Assembly (NCBI GenBank): GCA_973895155.1 | Contig: OZ316892.1 | Span: 29,332,932-29,396,931 of the forward strand | DNA length: 64,000 nt | Direction: 5' to 3' | From: Marsupella aquatica | Lineage: Eukaryota; Plantae; Marchantiophyta | In this document: one piece after another, positions 1-10,660 of the stretch | Layout of the letters: the number at the start of each line of letters is the position of its first letter | How positions within the stretch are numbered: position 1 is the stretch's first letter | The notes under the pieces: generated by a model | The model's input: the letters and a program-made list of their open reading frames with translations, nothing else | Told to the model about the DNA's origin: nothing | The model's database searches: none | Made by a program: the position numbers and the translations under genes

Positions 1-112
1 AATGCTGATTGTTCACATGGCTCTCATCCTGCATGAAGACCTCTCAAATCTGCTCCCTCAACACATTTCTGAGTCCTTTCACTCATTAGCAGAGGCCTAC
101 ATCATCTTCGAG

Positions 113-208
113 ATGGACTGAAATCAATTGTACAGCTCTGAGGGATGCTGAGCGATCACTTTGAGATAGACTGAAATCAATTGTACAGCTCTGAGGATGC
201 TGAGCGAT
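113..208. repeat. Two-copy ~56 bp tandem duplication
   Basis: gactgaaatcaattgtacagctctgag(g)gatgctgagcgatc occurs at ~116 and ~170. Confidence 0.8.
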
Positions 209-593
209 CTGCAGTACTTGAGAGCTTTCATGGAGGGCCGCAGAGGTACAAATCATGGCCGGCCGAATGATGACGATGACAACCTTTACATTTGCTGAAT
301 TCACGACAAGAACGGAGCTCCAATACCTTTTTTGCAGGGCTCTCCAATGCTCTTGAGTCTTGTCACGAATTTTCTAACTCCAGTCAATTGTCAAACATGC
401 AATCGACTGGAGGTTGCTATTAACACATCACTTAGAGGCACCAATCTTATCATAAAAGCTGGAAGGAGAATTGTCCAATATTTGTCTCTTTTTCACATTT
501 CCTCTCCTCTAGGGTGAGACTTTGCTCTGCAATAAATGGTCTAAAAAACCTGGTGGGTCCAGATTTTGCCATGGGCAGTGGCGCCTTAAACCA

Positions 594-708
594 CACCTGC
601 CCCCCTCTAAAGGGGTCGGGGTAACCTGTAGCTCTCATTGGGTAAAGAGCACAACCTGCCCCCCTCTAAAGGGCTCCGAGTAACCCTTAGCTCTCATTGG
701 GTAAAGAA
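594..708. repeat. Two-copy ~58 bp tandem duplication
   Basis: acctgcccccctctaaaggg...gtaacc...tagctctcattgggtaaaga repeated twice. Confidence 0.8.
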
Positions 709-744
709 CACAAGTTCAGAAATGGGCTTTGAGCTCCATAACAG

Positions 745-1088
745 TGTTGAGCATAGACGACAATCGCAACGGCAAACCCATGAACCATCCAACGCACAAG
801 AGTCGACACAGAAAGATACGTGGTTCACCTCCTTATGAGGCTACGTCCACGGGAACACACGAGAGCTTTACTGCACTCTAGGTCGATCGTCATTCCAAGC
901 ATCCACAGCGCAAGCTCTCTCTATCTCTCAACTAGCTTCGTAACAATGAGCCTGAGTTCCCCCTCACCAAGCAAACACCGCTTGGTTATAGAGTGTACAC
1001 AACATGACTAACCTAACCAAGTCTATGACTAAGGTTAGCCTTAACTATGGTACAGTCGTAACTCTAGACCTAAGAGTAAATCCTAACA
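745..1088 (-). mobile_element. 3' LTR of a Ty1/copia retrotransposon (~344 bp)
   Basis: TGTT...AACA termini. On the minus strand the polypurine tract GTCAAGAGGGAGAT (1102-1089) directly precedes TGTTAGG. Lies just downstream of the pol remnant. Distal end (745) inferred from the terminal motif only; no second LTR to compare. Confidence 0.7.
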
Positions 1089-1265
1089 ATCTCCCTCTTG
1101 ACTCTGGAAAGACTGCTACCAATATGATTGCTCAACGGGACGTTCTGGAAAGAAAAACCAAACCGATTTTTCCCTTTTATACGAGAGTAGACCAGAACTA
1201 AGCCGTAGCCTATACAAGGAATGAGCAAGAGCATATCTCAGTATCTACACAAATGTTAAGTAACC

Positions 1266-3150
1266 CTACTTGTGAGGCAATTGCAAAACCTGCAACGCAT
1301 CACGGTGTCTAGAAAAACTCTCCAAAGGAATCACTTGGTGACTGCTTCAACCCGTATAAGGATCTCAGCAATCTGCAAACCAAATCCTCTTGCCCTTTCT
1401 TTACAAAACCTAGCGGCTGTCTCATGAAAATCAACTCTTCCAAGGTGCCATAGAGGAAAGCTGTGACAACATCCATCTGATCTAGCAACAGACCAAACAT
1501 AACAACAAGCACACACAATAGCTGTATTGTTGAATACTTAGCAACTGGTGAGAAGACCTCATTGTAATTCACACCTTTTTCCTGTGTGAATCCCTTGGCT
1601 ACCAACCTAGCCTTGTAGATCTTCGATCCACCTCCTGTGGACTGATCCTTCAGCTTGTATATCCACTTGCTATCCACCACTTGCTGTCCATCAGGCAGCT
1701 TGAAGAGCTCCCAAGTTTTGTTGTCCTTCAGTGACTGCATCTCCGTTTGCATTGGTGCAGTCCACTCCTGCTTCTCCTTTGAAGCACTTGCTTCATGAAA
1801 TGAAGAAGGTTCCCTTTCTTCCAAAATCAATGCATCACCCTCATCATCAGTAACAAAGTCCTCTTCTTGCAACTGAGATGAATCAACCCACTGTCCATAC
1901 CTTGGTGGAGCGCGTACAGTGCGATCATATGTTCTTCTAGCCGATGACTCCAGTTGATCTGCGTGTGCTGGTACAATTTGAAGCTCAGCAGCATCCACTT
2001 GTTGCTCACTAGCATCAACAAACTCCTCTAGTTCCTCTGGCACAGGAACCAACTCCATAATTGGAGCAACTCCTTCTCTCCAGTCATGCAACTCATGATC
2101 AATCCCACCCTCAACGAGATCCGGGATAGGAGATTTTCCTTTGTCAGTACGGGAGACCTGAGTATTCTCCCCCTCCTTCAATAATCTAGATTCATTGAAG
2201 GAAACATCCCTACTGACAACGAGCTTACAGGCAATAGGATCCCATAGCTTATAGGCTTTCACACCACCCTGGTACCCAAGAAAAATACATTTCTTGGAGG
2301 TAGGATCCAACTTGGTCCTATTCTGCTTTGGTGTGAGAGCATATGCATCACTTCCAAAAACTACCAAGCCATGATAGTTTGCTTGCCGCTTATAGCGCAT
2401 CTCAAACGTCGTTTTGAAATTGATAGCACTAGAAGGAGAAAGATTTACCAAATAAGATGCGGTATTCACAGTTTCTGTCCAAAATTCTTGTGATAAACCT
2501 GATTGGCTCAACATACTCCGTGACCGCTCCAATAGTGTCCGATTGAGCCTCTCAGGGACACCATTCTGCTGCGGAGTATAAACTGTGGTGAGATGACGAG
2601 TTATCTCCTATTCTGAACAGTACTTTTCAAATTCCATTGAAGTGTACTCCCCGCCGTTGTCTGACCTCAGACTCTTCACCCTTGTATCCAAACACTTGAC
2701 TATGTTTTCAATCTGATTCTCCATCTGGGCCTTCCACTTCTTAAAAATGGATAAGACATCAAACTTATGCGTCATGAAATAAATCCACATAAATCTTGAG
2801 TAATCGTTAATAAATGATACATAATATAACTTTCTAGAATGTGAGGGAGTCGTGGATGGACCCCACACGTCACTATGTAAGTACTCAAGAACCGCTTTGG
2901 AACGATGAGTTCCAACACCGAAAGCACGATGATGTTGCTTTTCAAGAATGCAATGCTCACAGAACTCTAATTTACAAGATTGCAAATCAGAAATGAATCC
3001 ATTCTTCCGTAAGATAGTCAAACTCTTCTCACTCATGTGGCCTAGCCGTGAATGCCACAGATGAATCATTTCCTCGTGAGACTTGGTTACATTGGCCTCT
3101 CCACATACAATATTGCCCTGTAACATATACAAATTCTTCTGTCTGCTCCG
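1266..3150 (-). mobile_element. Truncated Ty1/copia pol pseudogene (GAG-pre-integrase, integrase, partial RT, RNase H C-terminal tip)
   Basis: LWHSRLGHMS...CEHC (zinc-binding region), HSDVWGP, LRSDNGGEY, TPQQNG, KCIFLGY, KARLVAKGFTQ, QMDVVTAFL, LYGLKQSP. One in-frame TAG at 2610-2608 separates the two ORFs. Gag, protease and 5' LTR are absent; most of RT and RNase H is deleted. Confidence 0.95.
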
Positions 3151-3265
3151 TTCACTTCTGGAAAATACTGAAGGAGACTGGAAGTCTCTGGAACCAAACG
3201 TTCGTTCAGTGACTTTCGTTTGGTTCCTGAGACTTTCGTTTGGAACGGAGCAGACAGAAGTGAAC

Positions 3266-4955
3266 GGTTTTATCACAATACTCTCGCGCGAGGACATTTA
3301 CTTCCCATTGGTCGATGCCCATTTGACAAATATTAGCCTACAAATCCACGGCGACGGCTCTTAATGAGACATACACGAAGATCTTCACCAAGTTACTGAA
3401 ACACGTTGGTGTGTACTCTTCGATCCATAGTACCGTTCACTTCTGGAAAATACTGAAGGAGCTCACGAACGAATGCCTTGAGTAACACTTACTACGGACA
3501 AAGCATTCAACAGGCCATCAATGAACCTGGGACTAAATTAGAGAAAGCAATTGCATTGTTTAGGAACCAATCACTCTCCAGTGAGAAGTGTTATGTTGTT
3601 GCATGTAGACCGCCAACGAAAAAATCTCCAACGGTAAAATCTGGCATATACCTTTAAGAAAAGATTATCTGCACATTGCATGCATGGGTACAAAATCTGG
3701 GCAGCAGCCAGCTCGTCCTCATCGTTGATTCCCATCGTTGAGCACCTGCGGACATATGCCAAATGGAATACAATTCCAATCATGCATTTTTGTCCAGGCA
3801 AGCAAAACCTCAAAGTCTACGAATACGAATCAGTTCAAAACCATGACGGATAAAAAGAAAAGGAAATTTAAGCACACCTTTTGATCCGAGAAACATCATT
3901 GCGTATCATGATGTCCATCACCAGAAGCCAATACTCTAAAGTGCTGTTGTTGATTTCTTCGGACGTCCAGACAAACTCAACCCTGTTCATGTCCATGCCA
4001 ACTGCCTTCCAAATCTCGATCATATACTCCCCCGTCTGGTGGATCTTTTTCAAGTCCCCGCCCAGCTTGTTGTTTTGCTGGGCGATCCAGTCTGCAACCC
4101 AGAATTTGAAGATACATCCTGCTTTCGTCATCTTGTTGACATTGATCACTTTCATGACCCCCTGTCATTCCAACGTGTACGTGTCTTAGTTGGTCTTTCA
4201 GACCAGAATTAGAATGGAGTACTGGTCGAGAAGCAATAGCACACCAAACCCCGAACTATGGGAAAGGAGATTTGTTAGAGAATCTAGGCAGCAAATACCT
4301 GACCGATATGCATCCTTTCAGAAGGATCGAACCCATCATATGCTATGGGGTCCTTTTTCTTTTCAAGAAGGTTCCGAAGCTCATCTTCTTGTATGCACTC
4401 TTCTCCCACGCTTCGCACGAGTGCATACTTCTCATCCAAAGTCAGGCTGCAAACAGTCGCACATCAGTACAGTGATGGGAAATGTAATACAAACTGAATC
4501 CATTCGAAAAGTTTGTATCCTGGACGAAATTATAATAAGACCAAGTATCATGAGAAGGGGCCAAAAATTGTACCCTCTCAACAGGCTTTCCAAATGGCGA
4601 CTAATTGAGTTATTGTTTCTTACAACAATGAAACTTGGCAATAGTCAATACGTTATCTGGGTGTTCAGAAGTTTCTCATTTCTTTTAAGTAGAGCGTGGA
4701 AATAAACTTTCGAAGGTCATCTAATGACTACATGAATTTGATATTTATTATCACCATTCATCTTTGACAATATTCGGAGGCTTGATAATTGTTACAGAGA
4801 GGTCAATCTTTCGAGAAGGCAATCAAAACCAACAACATACACAAGCAAACGCCAACGAGCGAAACCTGGAGAAGGCATCATCGATGCTAAGAGTAGCTTC
4901 TTCCGGCAGAGGAGGCGTGGAACCGGCCGGACCATCTGGAGAGCGTGAGGTCGTC
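3266..4955 (-). pseudogene. TyrRS: Tyrosyl-tRNA synthetase unit B (start-less duplicate, truncated in exon 5)
   Basis: Exons 4955-4866, 4446-4299, 4161-3878, 3745-3652, 3337-3266 with GT-AG sites and phases matching unit A; introns visibly homologous to unit A. Motifs altered: GFDPSERMHIGQ, MQCADNL, QMGIDQWE. Ends at EYCDKT, with no KMSKS or anticodon-binding domain. Confidence 0.9.
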
Positions 4956-5370
4956 CTAAGGTAACAATTCAACATTAAAACCTAAGTTGTAGAAAAACGC
5001 CACCTTATCTCTGAATTCAGAGAAAAACAAGGCGACGCATATCAAGGCAACCGATGTAACCAATTTCTGCACTCTAAATTTAGTACAGAAGTCTGATAAG
5101 CCCTGAACATCACGACAATGCCTATACAGAACGCATTACTCAAACGGATATCTGTCACTTGACTCTGTGCACGTCTTCACTTTTAATCAACGATCTGGAT
5201 CTGTTCCTCAATAAGAATCTCCAGCCTCAAAAACTATCCTTGATGAACAATTGCTAATCGATCGAGGAATCTGTCCTAGATATAGAATGATAACTACACT
5301 CTTTCGGAAGTACAAAAAATGAAGACGAGGATGCTAGTTGCTCCTGTTCCTGCCTTCCGGTTTGTCTTTC

Positions 5371-8300
5371 TCACCTTGAGACCTTGTATCCCTGCCACAT
5401 GCACATCGTGATCCAGAGAGTGTAAGTAGCTAACTCATTCAAACTTTCACGGGCATTTCTGCTGCGAGTGCACTGACCACCCTTAGTATTGTAACACTTT
5501 TGTCAACTGATACCGTTTAACTGGACATTTCAAAATCCATCACGTAAAGGAATGACAACAGATGCTCACATTACTTAAACACAGACACAACTAAAGATGC
5601 ATTTACCTTCACAATCTTTAGTAGAGCCTTGGCTGAAGGCATTGGTTTTAAAGTGGTCCCTAACCGGCTGTGGACAAAATCCCAAAATATTCCATTAAAC
5701 ATGTGAAGAACAGACATTAACTGTAACTTTGTAGTATCGAGCAGGTATGCTGTCCTGACTGGACAGCTGGAAGCAAAAGTCATCAACTCAATGTTATGAA
5801 AGCATGTACCTGCAAGATCTTATTCAATGCCTTGATCAATGCAGGCTTCAAATCATCAGGATGTAATGCACCGCTCAAATAGTCTCGATGTAGTCGGTCA
5901 GCTGTCTTGTAAGTCCTGGAAACCATGACATCTTAGTGTAGCCACTCCAATACCTTCAGATTAAACTGGAGATTCGCATAATTCACACCTACTTGTGCTC
6001 CCGACAAGCCTTTAGGAACAACGGAGACGTACCTCTATTCCTCTGACAGTGAAGGGTCTTGATATGATTCCAAGTGAAAGTCACCTCTTTGTGGTCTTTC
6101 ACTACCATTTCAAACATAGCAGAAGATGCAACCATAACTACAGCAAGATCATGGACATCTTTGGAACAACGTTTCTCGGAGACTTACGTGGTTTCACCAT
6201 TTTTCTCAGCACGCTCAACCACAAATTCACCAAAATATGGGAGGACAATGTATGTTGTGTATTCAACAATAGGGTTCCCTGCGATTACTTGAGGTGGACA
6301 GAAACCATTCATGATCTTCGCTTTTACTTCGAACTGGGAAACAGACACCGTCCACACACAAAAAATGGCAACTGGTCAACTTAGCCGCTCGGTTATAACT
6401 ACTCATGTCGACTTTAATAGCACGCAGTTGAAAAAGAGCGACAGTAACACTCGTGGTCAAACAGAATAGCGAACACATGTAGATACTGAGACGAGCATGC
6501 TTACACACAAAATTACCAAGCTCGACAGCGAAAAAACGTTTACCTCTTCATCTTCCATAAATATGGCCGAGTCTGAGACACTCTTCGACATCTTTTCTTG
6601 ACCTTGCAGTAGGCCAGGCAACATGTCTAATATGCTGGTCAAAGAATAATCATCTTTGGATCCACTTGCATGAGAGGTACATCAAAGAATTCCCTCTCCC
6701 TCACACAAACTACGTACACAAACAGGAGTCTAGTGACAGCAGATAGCATTTACAGAGAAACTGCATACACAATTATAGGAGTACAATGACGGCAGATAGC
6801 ATTTGGCATACTTGTACAGCTGTGAAAATTAAAAAGCCAAAATTCAAAACAGCTTCCCCTAGAGGATACGGTGGGAAAGAATGACTGGCTTCAGCTTTCG
6901 CTTGGTTTTATCACAAAACTCCCTCGCCAGGACATTTACTTTGCGTTGGTCCATGCCCAATTGACATATATCAGCCTACAAATCAATAGCAACGCCTCTT
7001 AATGAGAGATACACGAAGATCTTCACCGGGTTACTGAAACACGGTTGGTGTGTACACTTCATAGCAACCTTTACTTCTGGAAGATACTGAGGGAGCTCAA
7101 GAACGAAAGCCGTGAATAAAACTTACTACGGACAAATCATTCAACAGGCCAACAACGGACCTGAGACTAAATTAGAGAAAGCAATTGCATTGTTAACAAA
7201 CCAATAAATCTCCAGTAGAAAGTGTTGTGTTGTTGTAGGCCGCCAACAAAAACATTGTTCAAGGGTAAAGTTTGCCATAAACCTTTAAGAAAAAAATGTC
7301 TGCACATTGCATGGCCGGGTACAAAATCTGGGCAGCAGTCAGCTTGTCCTCATCGTTGCGTCCCATAATTTGTGAGCACCTGCAGACATATGCCGAGTAG
7401 AACACAACTCCAATTATGCATTGTTCTCCAGGCAACCAAAACCTCGAAGTGTACAAAAACGAACCAGTTCAGAACCATGACGGATAAAAACGAAAGGAAA
7501 TTCAGCACACCTTTTGATCCGAGAAAGATTATTGCGGTTCATGATGTCCAGCACCAGAGAAAAATACTCTGCCACGCTCTTCTGGATTTCTTCGGACGTC
7601 CAGACAAACTCAACCCTGTCCATGTCCATGCCAACTGCCTTCCAAATCTCGATCATGTACTCCCCCATGATTCGAATCTTTTTGCAATCACCGCCCATCT
7701 TGTTGTTGAGCATGGCGAAGAAGTCTGCAACCAAAAATTTGAATGTACATCCTGCTTTCGTCATCTTGTTGACATTGATCACTTTCATGACCCCCTGTCA
7801 TTCCAACGTGTCAGTGTCTCGATCGGTCCTTCAGACTAGAAATTAAAATGGGGAACACGTCGAGAAGCAATAGCACACCAAACCCCGAACTATGGGAAAG
7901 GAGATTTGTTAGAGAATCTAGGCAGCAAATACCTGACCGATATGCATCCGCCCAGAAGGCTCAAACCCATCATAAGCTATGGGGTCCTTTTTCTTTTCAA
8001 GAAGGTTTCGAAGCGCATCTTCTTGTATGCACTCTTCTCCCACGCTTCGCACGAGTGCATACTTCTCATCCAAAGTCAGGCTGCAAACAGGCGCGCATCA
8101 GTGCAGTGAAATGGGAAATATAATACGTCCTGAATCCATTCGAAAAAATAGTATCCAGGATTAAATTATAGTAAAACCAAGTATCCTGAGAAGGGCCTAA
8201 ATATTTTACCCTCTCAGCAGGCTTTCCGCATGGCGACGAAGTCAATTCATTCTTTCTTACAACAATAAATCTGGGAGGAGTCTATACGCAATGAGGACGC

Positions 8301-8793
8301 TTACATTGTTCTCATTGATTTCAACGAGAGCGTGCCAGATGAAATTAAATTCTGAAGGCAGCTTCATACATGTCATATATATCCAGGCTTTCCACATGGC
8401 GAAGAAATCGATGATGGTTTCTTACAACAATCAAAATTGGGAATAGCCAATACGCCATCCGGGTATTCAATCCTTCGAGTAGAGCGGGGAAATAAACTTC
8501 CGAAGGTCACGTAATGACTACCGCAATTTGAGATTTCGTATCACTGTTCATCTTTGACAATATTCAACAGCTTGATCCATCTTACAGAGAGGTCAATCTT
8601 TCGAGCCTTGCGAACTAAATGGTGAGAGAGACAGACAGGACCAGCATGATACATAAGCAAATGCCAACGAGTGAAACCTGGAGAAAGCATCATCGATGCT
8701 CGGAGTAGCTTCTTTTGGCGGAGGAGGCGTGGATGCACCGGCCGGACCATCCTCTGTTGTCGCTGAAGTAGAAACCTCTCCCCCTCCCGCCAT
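5371..8793 (-). CDS. TyrRS: Cytosolic (archaeal/eukaryote-type) tyrosyl-tRNA synthetase unit A, 10 exons, ~388 aa, with an apparent +1 frameshift in exon 9
   Basis: Exons 8793-8678, 8080-7933, 7794-7511, 7379-7283, 6975-6870, 6626-6544, 6333-6188, 5915-5810, 5667-5607, 5391-5371, all GT-AG. Motifs AYDGFEPSGRMHIGQ, QILYPAMQCAD, QLGMDQRKVN, QEKMSKS, FCPP, LHPDDLK, PVRDHFK, GYKVSR*. Exon 9 is 61 nt rather than 60. Confidence 0.9.
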
Positions 8794-8924
8794 GGGTAGT
8801 TCCCGAGCTAACAGAGATTTTCTCTCCCTACCACAATTGTTGTCCGCCCCTCCGTCCGGGGGGTTTTGGGTTTAGAGCTTGGACCCAGTTGCGAACGACT
8901 TGAGCGAGCAAGCGCATCAATTAA

Positions 8925-9720
8925 TGGAGCTAGACTGCTCCACGAGCTTCAACAAAATGCTCCAACCTGCCGTAATTGACGACAAACATAACGAAGAGTG
9001 AGAGAAAGGTTGCATAATGTGAGGCAAAGCTCCTGGACCAACACTTGATGGAACTAGATTGATGCGCGAGCTTCAACAACAGGCTTCAACCTGCTGTAAA
9101 TTTGCGAACCAATTGTGAGCCAATTGACGACAAATATAACGAGCGCTCTCAATTAAAGAATGAGAGAGAGGGTGCACAATGTGAGAGGCAAAGCTGCTCC
9201 TGGACCAACACTTGATGGAACTAGATTGATGCGCGAGCTTCAACAACAGGCTTCAACTTGCTGTAAATTTGCGAACCAATTGTGAGCCAATTGACGACAA
9301 ATATAACGAGCGCTCTCAATTAAAGAATGAGAGAGAGGGTGCACAATGTGAGAGGCAAAGCTCCTGACCAACAATTGATGGAACTAGATTCATGCGCGAG
9401 CTTCAACAACAGGCTTCAACCTGCTGTAATTTGCGAACCAAGAGGGTGCACAATGTGAGAGGCAAAGCTCCTGACCAACAATTGATGGAACTAGATTCAT
9501 GCGCGAGCTTCAACAACAGGCTTCAACCTGCTGTAATTTGAGAACCAATTGCGAGCAATTTCACGACAAATATAACGAGCGCTCTGACTCAAGAGTGAGA
9601 AAGAGGGTGCACACGGGGGTGCACAATGTGAGAGGCAAAGCTCCTGACCAACACTTATGGAACTAGATTGATGCGCGAGCTTGAACCACATGCTTCACCT
9701 GCTGTAATTGCGAACCAATT
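8925..9720. repeat. Tandem array of ~6 degenerate 110-170 bp units directly upstream of TyrRS
   Basis: gatggaactagatt(g/c)atgcgcgagcttcaacaacaggcttcaacctgctgtaa recurs at ~9047, 9215, 9377, 9484 and 9657, with a diverged copy at ~8925. Confidence 0.9.
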
Positions 9721-9723
9721 ATG

Positions 9724-9746
9724 GAGAGAGAGAGAGAGAGAGAGAG
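9724..9746. repeat. (GA)n microsatellite
   Basis: Run of about 11 GA units. Confidence 0.9.
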
Positions 9747-10254
9747 CTCTGAACCAACTATATATAAACCAGACTACTGTAGTCGTATAGGTTTACGTAA
9801 GACCTACGTATGCAGTAATGTTATATTTAGAGAGTATTATGTCCAGAATAATGTGTAGGTCTCGTTAAGTGCACATCAAGACATAGCACTCAAAATATGA
9901 CATTATAGTGTCGGACATCCCTCCAGACCATGATACACCTTGGACATCCCTAGCCCATACCATGATAAATCTAGTTATTTTATTTAAATCAATGAGTGCA
10001 CACCATATATTACCACATTTTGATGTGTGGATATAAGCAGGGATTGTGAGATACTAGCCAGATTACCCCATTCCTTGAACCTAAACAGACATGAGGAAAA
10101 AAAATCTTGAAATAAAAGAATATCTCAGTAGATCCTGGCATTTCCCAGAATATTGAAGTTTGCTTTATTTTCATTTTAAGAAACAACTCAAGGCCAGAAT
10201 ATTTTGACACGTGAGTGAATCCTGAATAAGCCAAAACATCACATTCGAATCATT

Positions 10255-10660
10255 CTTTCATGTTTTGTCTTATTCAGATTTTGTGTTCAATATGCCTTAA
10301 CAAGGGGAATTATTTGTATTATTCAGATTATAAATTAATTGTTTGTATTATTATGAATTAATGATAATTTTTGTTATCCTAGAGTATTGTGAATTTATTT
10401 TGGCTCCCTTCATAAATTTATAATCTTTGTTATCCTAGCAATCCAAGATCTAGTGAATTTCTACCACTTGATAGAAGGTCTACATCTGCTCATAAGTGTG
10501 AGAGAAAATGATTGAGAACAATGTAAAAACCTGGTGTCTTAAGTTCCTTTCATGGTTTCCTTCATAAAGTTTATGGTTTTAATTGAATTGACTATAATTA
10601 CTACAGGCAAGTGAAAATTTGTACCTTATGTGCACACAACTTTTAGGTACCTTTGTTTTT
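10255..10660. repeat. Dispersed AT-rich repeat, homologous to 54905-55335
   Basis: Shared blocks ttttgtcttattca, taagttc..tcatggttt...tttatggttttaatt and tgtaccttatgtgcac in the same order at both loci. Confidence 0.65.

Noticed and set aside
3150-3297. N-terminal extension of the 229-aa integrase ORF (MSSRESIVIK...)
   Set aside because: Fortuitous reading through the repair filler and out-of-frame TyrRS exon 5; not a real gag/pol start.
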